Virus record (IMG/VR): IMGVR_UViG_3300029288_000085
Span: 1-64,000 of that record
Length of the DNA stretch: 64,000 nt
Strand: one strand, 5' to 3'
Origin: a virus
Taxonomy: Duplodnaviria > Caudoviricetes
Below the pieces are notes generated by a model. It was not told the origin of the DNA, searched no databases, and worked only from the letters and a program-made list of their open reading frames with translations. Position 1 is the stretch's first letter; every line of letters starts with the position of its first letter. Below, piece by piece: positions 29,359-39,464 of the stretch. A program made the position numbers and the translations under genes.

Positions 29359-30258
29359 ATGATAGATAGAGATCCGTATCTGTTAAATCCAGAAGATGGA
29401 ACAGAAATTAAAAGTGGTTTGAAGTCGTTTAGTGCAGGGGAATTGTGTCCTGTACGTAATAAGTTACTTATTGAAAATGGTAGATGTTTAGTATGTGAAG
29501 GGTTGAGACCTTTATGGCAATTTCAAAAAGGTTCTCAACAACGAGAGATTGCTGCAACAAAATCTCCTAAATTGAGTTTCTTTTTTGAGATAGTGCTACC
29601 AGCAAAACCTGAACAGCAGATGATACTTGAAACTGGTGCAAATGCTGGTAATGAGATTGTAGATGGTATTCTGAAGAAGGGGTGGGTTGATATTGTTCAT
29701 CCTAAAGCTGGTAAAGGTAGGGAGTTAACTCTAACAAAGTCGATGAATCAAAAAGGGTATCCTACCTATTCAATATCTCCTGTTTTAGAAAAGGCTGATT
29801 GGGATGTGCCAGATTCAGTATTGAATAACCTTCTCAATATGGATAAGATTATTGAAATGATGAAGGATGGTACTTTTCAAGAAGGGGTGAATTATTTAAA
29901 AGCATCTAGTCTTAAGCAAGATGATGTATTCAAATTTAGATTGCTTCCTGCACATGCAGAAGCAAAACTCTTTAATAAGAAGATTGGCATCGCTTGGATA
30001 TATCGTCATTTTGGTGGCGTTACAAAAGATGAAATTGATGGTAAGATTAAAGTAGATTTGACTCTGCCCCAGAAAGCAGAACAGAAGAAGACTGATGATG
30101 CTCCTCCATGGGAACAACCAAAGGCAAGTGTAGCACTGAGTAATCTTCCTGACACAAAAGAAAAATGTTGGGGGATGAAGAATCTATATGATGAAAGTGA
30201 TCCACAATGTCAGAAATGTAAAGATTTCAAAGGGTGTGGAAGAGAAGCATTGAAGTAA
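29359..30258 (+). CDS. gp32-like ssDNA-binding protein
   Basis: C..C, DIVHPKAGKGRELTLTK...YPTY; acidic DDAPPW; C-terminal Cys cluster. Confidence 0.55.
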   Translation: MIDRDPYLLNPEDGTEIKSGLKSFSAGELCPVRNKLLIENGRCLVCEGLRPLWQFQKGSQQREIAATKSPKLSFFFEIVLPAKPEQQMILETGANAGNEIVDGILKKGWVDIVHPKAGKGRELTLTKSMNQKGYPTYSISPVLEKADWDVPDSVLNNLLNMDKIIEMMKDGTFQEGVNYLKASSLKQDDVFKFRLLPAHAEAKLFNKKIGIAWIYRHFGGVTKDEIDGKIKVDLTLPQKAEQKKTDDAPPWEQPKASVALSNLPDTKEKCWGMKNLYDESDPQCQKCKDFKGCGREALK

Positions 30259-30740
30259 TGCTACAATACAAGGTGTTTGATCAATCGTTATATGATAAAA
30301 ACGATGGTCGTGGTAAAAAGGCGGCTATAAAGTTCTTCTTAAAGAGGGGATTTGAAGCAACTGAGAATCCTGATAAGTATGGGATTGATGTATTAATTTA
30401 TAAAGAAAATAAATTGCAGTTTATGATTGAGGTAGAAGTAAGAGGTGAAGATGTTTGGAATGGTAACATATTCAAATATTCTTCTTTACACATACCTTAT
30501 CGTAAACAAAGATTAATTAAGTTTGATACATTAATCCCAATACAATACTTTGTATTTAATAATACTCTCACATCATTTTTAACTTGTAATCTTAGGTTGT
30601 CTTGTTCTAGACAACCTATAGAAGTTTCAAATAAGTATATACCACAAGGGGAATACTTTTTTGACGTACCTCAGACTGAAATATGGCAATATGTATTAGA
30701 TAATAGTGGAATTTGGATGAATAAAGATATAGTGAGATAA
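30234..30740 (+). CDS. PD-(D/E)XK nuclease-like protein
   Basis: NPDKYGIDV...IEVEVR. Confidence 0.55.
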   Translation: MWKRSIEVMLQYKVFDQSLYDKNDGRGKKAAIKFFLKRGFEATENPDKYGIDVLIYKENKLQFMIEVEVRGEDVWNGNIFKYSSLHIPYRKQRLIKFDTLIPIQYFVFNNTLTSFLTCNLRLSCSRQPIEVSNKYIPQGEYFFDVPQTEIWQYVLDNSGIWMNKDIVR

Positions 30741-30836
30741 CCTCTCACTAATAGAAGGGTTATGGTAAAATTAGGTGAGAGTTAAAGCGGTTGTGGGCAA
30801 ACACACTAAATCCTATTTATCATAACCCTTTCTTTT
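30730..30836 (+). ncRNA. Structured intergenic element (attenuator or ncRNA candidate)
   Basis: 16-bp stem 30754-30769/30816-30831 plus TAGG/CCTA, enclosing two small hairpins; 8-bp hairpin at 30730-30750. Confidence 0.5.
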
Positions 30837-31902
30837 GAGGTAAAGTATAATGGAATTTACTATTAATTATAATTATGGTCTTTCTGTTTCCCCAGTTTCT
30901 CTTTTTATAAATTATTCTCATAACCTATATGATTTTGATTTTATCTATGATAAAATTTCTAAATCAGAAATAAGAGATATTATACTATTCAATTTTGATA
31001 AATCTGATTATAAAGGTCTAGTCTGGCTAACTCCAAGATTGATATTGAATGGTAAGATAGTTTCTTTAGTTTTTAAGAATAGCTTGGAAACTGATTTAAA
31101 GGCAGTAAGTAGGATAATTATAGTTGATAATCCTAATGTCTCACAGTTTTTCTCCTTCCTAAGAGAAAGGGATATATTAATATATAACGGAGGTAAAATA
31201 GACGAGTTACTTTCGCTAAGAAATCAGATAATTACTCATGAAGTAAAATCAATTATTATGTTTGATTCAAAATCAGTTGATGGTGCAAAACTAATAGAAC
31301 TAGGAGTTTTTGACATAACACCTTTTGAACATATAGAATTAATCTATGGAGGATAAGTATGAGTTGGTTCGGGGAAAATATAAAAGAAGACGGACGAGCA
31401 AAAATAAATGAAGCATTAGAAGGATTTAAGAAGACTATTGAAATTCTAATAGAAGGTAGAAATAGATGTAAAGAACAGATTTCTATAAATGAGGGGGAAA
31501 TGGAAACTCTTTTCTCTGAAAATAAAGATCTCACCTTTAATGTGGAAAGAGCAGATAGAATAGCAAAGAAACTTGAAGAATTATTGGCGTAACTTACGTC
31601 TTCTACGTAGGAGATAGAGAGATGAAAAGAACTGGGATATTTGCAACGGATGAAGAAGCAAGGGAAATTGGAGAACTTCATGATCAAGCACAGAAAACTC
31701 CAGTGATTGCACTAACAATGATGCATGGCTTGAGTACAGGAGGATTTTCTGAGGAAGCATGGACTCTCGTAAAAAAGACAGTACATAAGTATGCTCTTGT
31801 TCATGGTCTTCCTGAGATTGAAGGATATTATGGGTTTGACCGTTCAAATAATGAGTTTGTCTCAGTATAAAATGTAATCTTCTAACCTATCAGGATTGTA
31901 TA

Positions 31903-32847
31903 ATGTCTTTTGCAGTAAAACATAGACCAAAAGCTCTATCAGAAGTAGTTGGGAATGGTGTTGTAAAGAAAGTTATTTCTGAAATGATTCAGAATTTAAG
32001 TTTTACTCATGTAATGTTTGAAGGAGATACTGGTAGTGGCAAGACTACTTTTGCCTATATTCTTGCAAAAGAATTTTCAGGAATAGAAGAAAACATTTTT
32101 AATATAAACTGTATGTTTTCTTCTGGTGTTGAAGAAATGCGTAATAAATTAGAAGAATTACGCAAGACTTCTTTATTTGGTATAAATAAGGTTTTAATCT
32201 TAGATGAAATTCATGGTCTTTCTAATCAAGCGCAGAATGTTTTTCTAAAACCTCTAGAGGATGGTTTACCTTCTTATGTATTAATAATTGCTTGTACTAC
32301 TAGTGTAGAGAAATTAAGTCCTATGCTTCTTGACCGATTTAAGAGGTTAAGGGTTAAACCTCTTGTTGATAGTGAAGCAATTCAATTGATTGATAGGATA
32401 AGTTCCCTAGAAAATATAACTACAGAGAAATGGAAAAAAGCACTTATTTTAGAAAAAAGTGCTGGAATACCTAGACGTATTTTGTCGGGGTTAGAAAAAG
32501 TTAAAAGCATTACAGATAAAAGTGAAGTTGAGTTATTGTTGGATATCTCCTCTCTTGAGGAGGAAGACCCTGATATCCTTAAGTTATTCAAATGGATATT
32601 ATCCAAGGCAGATTGGAATATCATTAAGCATCAATTAGATATCCTATTAAAGACTGGTAAGTCACCGGAGAGTATTAGAATAGGGATAGTAAATTTGATT
32701 GCATCAAGATTAACTTCTAATTATAGTAATGAGATTGAAAGGTCTAGATTATCAAAGTTATACTTTAACTATCTTAGACAAATGTTAGGAGTTCCTGACA
32801 AAGCTAACCTTATTAACTTAATTTATCTGATGACGAAAGGAGATTAA
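31903..32847 (+). CDS. DnaX-like AAA+ clamp loader
   Basis: KHRPKAL.EVVG, GDTGSGKTT, ILDEIH, AQNVFLKPLE. Confidence 0.88.
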   Translation: MSFAVKHRPKALSEVVGNGVVKKVISEMIQNLSFTHVMFEGDTGSGKTTFAYILAKEFSGIEENIFNINCMFSSGVEEMRNKLEELRKTSLFGINKVLILDEIHGLSNQAQNVFLKPLEDGLPSYVLIIACTTSVEKLSPMLLDRFKRLRVKPLVDSEAIQLIDRISSLENITTEKWKKALILEKSAGIPRRILSGLEKVKSITDKSEVELLLDISSLEEEDPDILKLFKWILSKADWNIIKHQLDILLKTGKSPESIRIGIVNLIASRLTSNYSNEIERSRLSKLYFNYLRQMLGVPDKANLINLIYLMTKGD

Positions 32848-33884
32848 TGGTTGATTTATCTAAGGTTGTCAAGAACTTAAAGTCTGAATTTTCAACAATA
32901 TCAGTTGCAGAGGAAAAGGAAGATCCTCAAGATTTTATAAGTTCTGGCAATCTTGCTCTAGATCTTGTATTAGATGGTGGTTTTCCTTATGGTAGTGTAA
33001 TTGAGTTATTAGGTTTGTCACAGTCAGGTAAGAGCCTGCTAATACAAAAAGCAATAGCAAATTCTATGAAGAAATATCCTACTGTTGGAGTGTTGGCAAA
33101 CAGGGAAAATGCTTATACAAAAAAAAGAGGAGAACAGTTAGGAATAGATAATAATAGTTTACTTGTGGCTTATCCTTCTGATATTCCTGATGTTCAAAGC
33201 TGTTTCCTTTTTATATTCAACTCAATAGCAGAAATAAGAAAGCAGGATAAGGATTGCTATATTGCAGTAGGAATTGATAGCATCTCAGCTTTCGGTAAAG
33301 ATGTGGCATTTGAAAAATCTGATTCAGGTAGAAAAGCGAAAGCGACTCATGAAGGATTGAGAGAAGTTCTTAAATTAATGGATGACAAGATAATTTTACT
33401 TGTGGCAAATCAAGTGACTTATAAGATCGGAGTGATGTACGGAGATCCACGTACTACTACTGCTGGTGAATCAATGAAGTATTACAGTAATGTTAGATTA
33501 GCATTACAAGATGCTCATAAAGTAGTAGATAAAAGTAAAGGAAATGAAATACTTGGTAATTGGATTGAAATAGAAGTAATTAAAACTAGATTTGGGCCTT
33601 GCTTCCGATCATGTTATCTTCAGCACTTATATAAGGAGGGTATAAGTACTGACTCTGGTTATGTTAGATTATTAGTTAATAGAGGATATTTAAAACCTAA
33701 GAACAAAGAAGAATTCAGAAAGTTTAGTCAAGAAACTGTAATATGGACAGATGGAACAGTAAAAGAGCAATATAGTGAATTCGGTTTAGGTCTGCTTTTT
33801 GAAAAGCATCCAGAATTAAACTTTACAAGTTATCCAGAATATAATTCTAAAGAAATTCAAGTAGGATTAGATGAAACAGAATGA
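32847..33884 (+). CDS. recA: RecA/UvsX recombinase
   Basis: ISSGNLALD...GG.PYG, GLSQSGKS, IDSI, ANQV...G.MYGDP.TT.AG..MKYYSNVRL. Confidence 0.9.
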   Translation: MVDLSKVVKNLKSEFSTISVAEEKEDPQDFISSGNLALDLVLDGGFPYGSVIELLGLSQSGKSLLIQKAIANSMKKYPTVGVLANRENAYTKKRGEQLGIDNNSLLVAYPSDIPDVQSCFLFIFNSIAEIRKQDKDCYIAVGIDSISAFGKDVAFEKSDSGRKAKATHEGLREVLKLMDDKIILLVANQVTYKIGVMYGDPRTTTAGESMKYYSNVRLALQDAHKVVDKSKGNEILGNWIEIEVIKTRFGPCFRSCYLQHLYKEGISTDSGYVRLLVNRGYLKPKNKEEFRKFSQETVIWTDGTVKEQYSEFGLGLLFEKHPELNFTSYPEYNSKEIQVGLDETE

Positions 33885-34405
33885 ATATGATAATTTTATA
33901 AGGGGGTTAGGAAGCAAAATTCTAGTGTTAGGGGATAATTTGATTCTTATTAGATTTAAAGATGTGGTGGATGGTCTAAAAAATTTCATTGAAATGGAGG
34001 AAAGAGACGATGTCAAGCAAATCAAAGAAACACAGATGGATGAAAGGGTTGAGTCGGAAGTTAGTTGATTCAGTAATGAAATATGAACCTAGAGAGGTAA
34101 AATTTGTAATTGAGTATCCAGATTACATCAAGTGTGTCATCATTACTACTAATAAAGAGATAGGAGTAGGTTATGCCATTTGTTCATTTATTGATTGCTT
34201 TGACGAGAAAACTGGTAAAAATAGAGCTTGTGGTAGAGCAGTAAAGGCTTTATCTAAGAAAGAAAATACAGAGTTAGTACGACAAGTTAGTGAATGTCCT
34301 AATACGTGGTTGCTTGCACAAGCAAGACATTTGAATGATGTTGGTAATAGAATAGCTTGGATGAAATCTAGATATGATATGCTTGAATATCAGTAAGGAG
34401 TTTTA

Positions 34406-35035
34406 TTGAAAAAGTTAATTTTAGCAATCACATTGATTGCAAGTTTATTTCTTATGTCAAATGCAAATGCGATGAATGTTACTCTTACGTGCGATCCTAA
34501 TACTGAAGTTGACCTTGCTGGATATAAAATATATACAGCAACGATAAGTGGTGGTCCATATACTCTTCATCCACAAGGAACATTTCCATATGGGCCAAAT
34601 GTAGCTCCAACAATGTTGATTAGTAATCTTCCTGATGTAACTACTTATATTGTGGCTACTGCTTATGATACTGGTGGATTAGAGAGTGGTTATTCAAATC
34701 AAGTAAGTATAGTTCCTTTAAGTGGTCCTTCTATAACAACTCAACCTGCTAATATTACAAGAAATGTAGGCCAAACTGCTACATTCTCAGTAGTTGCTAG
34801 TGGGGATAGCCCATTGACATATCAATGGCAGATGCGAACTAGTTCAACAGGAACGTGGGGAAATGTTACTGGTGCAACAAGTGCAAGTTATACTACTGCT
34901 GTTTTAGTTGCAACAGATAGTGGAAAACAATTTAGATGTGTGGTAACAAATAGTGTAGGTTCAGTAACAAGTAATGCAGCAACATTAACTGTTAATGTAG
35001 CTCCTGTTAAACCTACAAATCTAAGGAAGCTATAA
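34406..35035 (+). CDS. Secreted FN3 + Ig-like protein
   Basis: Signal peptide; VTLTCDPNTE.DLAGYKIY...TAYD.GG.ESGYSN; PSITTQP...ATFSV...YQWQ...FRCVVTN. Confidence 0.85.
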   Translation: MKKLILAITLIASLFLMSNANAMNVTLTCDPNTEVDLAGYKIYTATISGGPYTLHPQGTFPYGPNVAPTMLISNLPDVTTYIVATAYDTGGLESGYSNQVSIVPLSGPSITTQPANITRNVGQTATFSVVASGDSPLTYQWQMRTSSTGTWGNVTGATSASYTTAVLVATDSGKQFRCVVTNSVGSVTSNAATLTVNVAPVKPTNLRKL

Positions 35036-35130
35036 TAAGCATCTAATAAACAGGAGGTGAGTTCTCTCTGGAAGAGAACTATAAGACCAATTGTATTGGT
35101 CAAGAAACAAATAAGGGTTGTGATTTTTTA

Positions 35131-35715
35131 ATGACTGAATTAAGTGCAGTAGATGTATCTGCAATAGCAAAAGAGGTTGCAGCACAAATTGCTCCTCAAG
35201 TAGCACAACAGATAGCATCACAAATTGACCAAGCAGTATCTCAAGTTGCTCAGAAGTTTACTCAAACTACTGGTACTGTCTCTAGTCGTGTGGAAAATGC
35301 GGATATCGGTGGGGCAGAACGACTTGAAAAAGATCAGATGGCTGATAGTGGGATTCTTTTCAGTAATCTGAAACGTACCTATGATGAATATCAACAAGAA
35401 AGTCTTGAATCTATTAAACGGAATCGAACTTATGTAGACAAGGTGTTGAGTGATGCTCTGCAATTTGATAATCAAAGGCAGATTATTGCAAATCAAGCTT
35501 TAGCTAATTTGGTTGAAACCGGAAATATGGTTGGAAAACAAGCTGTTCGACATAGTGATGTGGCAATTGATCGTCAATGGAATGTAGACGAGCAAGGTTA
35601 CACGGTTGCTGATGTTGTGAAAGCACAAGGGGCAGCTACAACTACTCAAGTATCCCTTTACGATTTAATTGTAAAAGCAGTTGGGGATGCTTTATCAGAA
35701 AAAAAGACTGCGTAA
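35131..35715 (+). CDS. Gln/Ala-rich helical hypothetical protein
   Basis: Long ORF; possible in-frame CTG start at 35068. Confidence 0.6.
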   Translation: MTELSAVDVSAIAKEVAAQIAPQVAQQIASQIDQAVSQVAQKFTQTTGTVSSRVENADIGGAERLEKDQMADSGILFSNLKRTYDEYQQESLESIKRNRTYVDKVLSDALQFDNQRQIIANQALANLVETGNMVGKQAVRHSDVAIDRQWNVDEQGYTVADVVKAQGAATTTQVSLYDLIVKAVGDALSEKKTA

Positions 35716-35722
35716 TTGAAAA

Positions 35723-35752
35723 TGGTAGTCTAGTGTAAAAGCTAGACTACCA
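35723..35752. terminator. 11-bp hairpin (terminator or processing site)
   Basis: TGGTAGTCTAG/CTAGACTACCA; no U-tract on the + strand. Confidence 0.45.
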
Positions 35753-35771
35753 AAATTAAGGAGAAAATAGT

Positions 35772-36095
35772 ATGGCAAAAATAGTAACAAGGACGGTAAA
35801 ATGGGACGCAGTTCCACCAGAAGTTCAGGTTACTGGTTATAGGGTTTATGTAGCTAAAGCAGGAGTTCCTCATTCTTATGATTTGCCTCATGCTGATGTA
35901 GCTGCAAATCTTACACAGTTAGTTCTTCCCTGTGAACAGTTACCTCAATCACTTTTTGTGCCTGATGGTGATTATTCTGTGTGGATTACCACTTTAGAAC
36001 AAGGTGGCAATGAGAGCGACCCTTTGGCCCTATCGGGCCGTTTCGACTTTACCCCCCCGCCTGCCCCGACCAATGGCCGTATAGAAATATCATAA
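35772..36095 (+). CDS. FN3-like single-domain protein
   Basis: V.WD...VTGYRVY...GDYSV.ITT...GNESD...PPPAPTNG. Confidence 0.7.
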   Translation: MAKIVTRTVKWDAVPPEVQVTGYRVYVAKAGVPHSYDLPHADVAANLTQLVLPCEQLPQSLFVPDGDYSVWITTLEQGGNESDPLALSGRFDFTPPPAPTNGRIEIS

Positions 36096-36183
36096 TTTGG
36101 TGGAGAAGGCATAGAAGACGGAAACGGCAGAGGCCAGTAATTAATCTTCATTTGCATGTTGAGGCTAATGGAGGTGAAATACT

Positions 36184-36549
36184 CTGAAAAAAATATTAAC
36201 TAGTATTTGTACTCTCATATTTGCTATAATATTATGGCAACAAGCAACTTATTATTCAACTGAATCTGTACCTATTGCTTGGGATTCTCCTTCTGGAGTT
36301 CAATGGGATTTAAAAGCTGTTTGGGTGAGTACAATTATAAAACAAGAATTTAACTTAGGAACTATTTCTACATCTCAATTTATACTTCAAAGACCACGAG
36401 TAGGATGGTTTGAATTTTGGTTGAAGGATCATTCGGATTCTGTTTGGAGTAAGTCTACTGATCCTCTAGTAGCTACAGTAAATGGTGTACCAATGGGGTG
36501 GAGAATATTTTTTGATGTTCCTGCTCCTGGTGGTGGTGGAATAGAATAA
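36184..36549 (+). CDS. Secreted FN3-like protein with probable CTG start
   Basis: GGAGGT 8 nt before CTG 36184; in frame with ORF 36325; adds the KKILTSICTLIFAIIL signal-like segment and IAWDSP. Confidence 0.65.
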   Translation: MKKILTSICTLIFAIILWQQATYYSTESVPIAWDSPSGVQWDLKAVWVSTIIKQEFNLGTISTSQFILQRPRVGWFEFWLKDHSDSVWSKSTDPLVATVNGVPMGWRIFFDVPAPGGGGIE

Positions 36550-36580
36550 TAAAATTTCTGAATGGTAATGGTTGTAAGTA

Positions 36581-37588
36581 TTGAAATTATTAATTTTTTC
36601 TGATGCACAATATACTCTTAACCTTAATAAATCAGAAGTTCTACCAAATGGTCTTACATCATGGCTTAATGAACAGATCACAATCACAAAGGATATCTTT
36701 TCATGTGCTTATGAAAAGAAAGTTGATAAGGTAATCTTTAATGGGGATTTATTTGAAGATAGATCAAGAATAAGTTCTCTACTTTACAACGTAATATGGA
36801 GTTCATATTATAGAAGTCCTTTTTGTGGTCTGTTCATTTTTAATGTGGGAAATCATGATATCTACTCCCACAATACTGATTTATCACTTGCTCCTTTTTC
36901 TTCATTGGGGCAAGTGATAAATAAACCTTTTGATTTTGAAAAAGAGAATACGCTTATACGTATTTTACCATATGGATTTCTAAATGAACAGACTTGTCAA
37001 ATATCTTCTACTGAGCATAAATACAGATTGCTTTTTACACACGAAATCATCTCTAATTTGGAATTAGATAATAACTTTACATTAAAAAATAGTTTTGATG
37101 CTTCTCTATTAAAAGATTGGACTTATGTTTTTAATGGTCATATACATAAACCACAAGAATATATGAATATTATAAATATAGGTTCTATTATGCCTAATGA
37201 TTGGGGTGAAGAAGGAGATCAGAAAAGATTTCTCATATATGAAAATGGTATTATTGAGTCTATTGATATAGACCACCCAAGATTTCTAACATTAGAAGAT
37301 CCTTCTAAAGAGAAGTTAGATAAAATATCTAAAGACAACAGGAATTATTATAGATTATCTTGTAAATCAGATGATTTGACACATAAAGCCTTTTTGAATT
37401 TTAATGTAAGCATCAAAGAGATAAAAAGTGAACGAAGAAAATTGAGGTTAAAGAAAACTGATACTATTAATGATGAATTAATAGAATATTTGAATCTGAA
37501 TAATACAGATTTGGGTAAGGACAAACTTTTCCTTGTAGGTATGGAGTTGATAAATGATATGGCAAGACTTGGTGATAGCAGCATGTAA
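36581..37588 (+). CDS. SbcD/Mre11-like nuclease
   Basis: FSD, NGDLFE, GNHD and GHIH motifs. Confidence 0.85.
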   Translation: MKLLIFSDAQYTLNLNKSEVLPNGLTSWLNEQITITKDIFSCAYEKKVDKVIFNGDLFEDRSRISSLLYNVIWSSYYRSPFCGLFIFNVGNHDIYSHNTDLSLAPFSSLGQVINKPFDFEKENTLIRILPYGFLNEQTCQISSTEHKYRLLFTHEIISNLELDNNFTLKNSFDASLLKDWTYVFNGHIHKPQEYMNIINIGSIMPNDWGEEGDQKRFLIYENGIIESIDIDHPRFLTLEDPSKEKLDKISKDNRNYYRLSCKSDDLTHKAFLNFNVSIKEIKSERRKLRLKKTDTINDELIEYLNLNNTDLGKDKLFLVGMELINDMARLGDSSM

Positions 37589-37829
37589 CATCATTTTCTT
37601 AGGTGCTCTAATTGCTAACATATTCAACGGTTCTAAACCAGCATTGATAACTAGTATATCTACTGCAATTGCATTATCTATAGTAGCATTTTGTTTACTT
37701 ACATTAAGTCTTACAGTTAGTGGGGTTGTAGCAAGTCTATCAGCTATTTGCTGGTTTATTCTTTTCTACCAGAGAAAGTATCAAATAGGAAAGTGTAGAG
37801 GAAAATATATCAATCTGTAGGAGTATGTT

Positions 37830-38192
37830 ATGACCAAGGATGAGATAAACCGAGCGCTCGGAGAGAGGGTGATGGAGTGGCACTTTGATAAAGTTCAGTG
37901 GTTAGATAAAGATGGTAACTTTCAAGGTTACTGTTGGAACCCCTATGAACGATGGGACCACGCAGGGATGGTGGCGGAGAAGTTTTACGGTTATATAATT
38001 GAGAAAATCGGAAGCACATATAGGGCAAAATTACTTATTGACCCGAGAAAAGAGTGGTTCACTGGCCCAAATGGAGCCACTGCCACTATTGCGATCTGTC
38101 TAGCTGCTATTGGGGTGAAGGAGGAGCACTCGAATACTTACGACAATGAAACATCCAAGGCTATTTGGCTAGGGCAGGAGGATAAGTCATGA
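37830..38192 (+). CDS. Phage ABA-sandwich domain protein
   Basis: EINRALGE.VM.W...WNP...W.HA..V.EK...AICLAA. Confidence 0.6.
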   Translation: MTKDEINRALGERVMEWHFDKVQWLDKDGNFQGYCWNPYERWDHAGMVAEKFYGYIIEKIGSTYRAKLLIDPRKEWFTGPNGATATIAICLAAIGVKEEHSNTYDNETSKAIWLGQEDKS

Positions 38193-39464
38193 GTCAAAGA
38201 GTTCTGCTTACTATATGGTTTATCTGCACATTAGGAATTGTCATACTAGCTATCTCCGCAGCTATGAATAATGAATACGGATTAACCCTAACTTGTGGTG
38301 GCATAATATTTCTTAGCACCTGGTTAATAGTTAGGAGGAAGGCATGATTGAAGCTACCGTATTTGGCATCTCAGCAACAGTGGCGTTGTTGCTTCCAATT
38401 ATACTTTGTCTAATATTGGATATGAAAGAATAGTACAGAATCAAAGGAGGAGGAGGCATGAGCGAATACAGTAAAGAAATTGAAGTTCTAAATAAAATAG
38501 AAATAGCCGTGAAAAACGATGCAAAAGAATTTGATGGTAAGCCATTTAACGGTCAGACTGTTGCTCAATATCTCGGATATCAAGGTGCTGCTATAGCTGC
38601 ATTAGCAAATATTTTAAGGTCTATTCTGGACAGAAATGGACCGTGGATAGAAAGAAGTAATTATGAACCTTGAAATGTATTTCGATAATGATATGAACGG
38701 ACAATTCGTTGGGTGTGCAGGAATTGAAGTGGAACTTGGCATGTTTTCAGGATGTTCCGGTGGGGATGATTGCCCTGTCTGCCAAGGGACAGGAAGGGTG
38801 ATAAATTGTCCGAGATGTAGTGAGCCTACTATAGTGATTTCAAATGGTTCGATAGGTTGTCTATCCTGTGGTATGGACTATGAACTGGAAGCCTGAACTG
38901 GGAAGGGAAGTGGGAGGAGAGGAGAAATGAGTTTTACAAACCAACAACCACAAATAGCAACTGAAAAAGATTGTCAAGGAAATTGGGGAGGAGGTAAGAA
39001 AGGTTCACGTTTCAGGTGTTATCTTTGCGGTCATAGATTTATAGTAGGTGACACTTGGCGATGGATTTATGCTGTTAAGAATCATGTAATAAACTTTTTG
39101 GTATGTACTTCGTGTGATGGAGAAGATGTACAAGAAAAATGGCTTAAACATGTTGAAAAAGGTGAACGGGAATTTTGGTGGATGATAAGAGATGATTAAG
39201 GAGAATAAGTATGAAAACTGAAAAAGAGCATACTGTTGAATTTATTTGTATAAATGATGATAGTTTAATTCTATTTGATTTATTTGACCCACCTTATATT
39301 TATAAGGTTGGAGATAAGATTACTATTGATAATTCTTTTGATAGCCAAGGATTTATAGAATTAGAGGTAACAGACGTTAAACATATCATAAGAAATGTAA
39401 TAGTAGCTGATCAAATAACTAAGATCTTTGTGAAGAAGCTGGAATCAAGTCCTACTCTTAATTA

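Noticed and set aside
30785-30810. c-di-GMP-I riboswitch (GGCAAAC)
   Set aside because: Only the short motif matches; the GNRA-loop/receptor two-stem architecture is not evident.
31197-31210. ACGGAGGTAAAA as a self-target of spacer 1
   Set aside because: Only a short partial match, expected by chance in AT-rich DNA.
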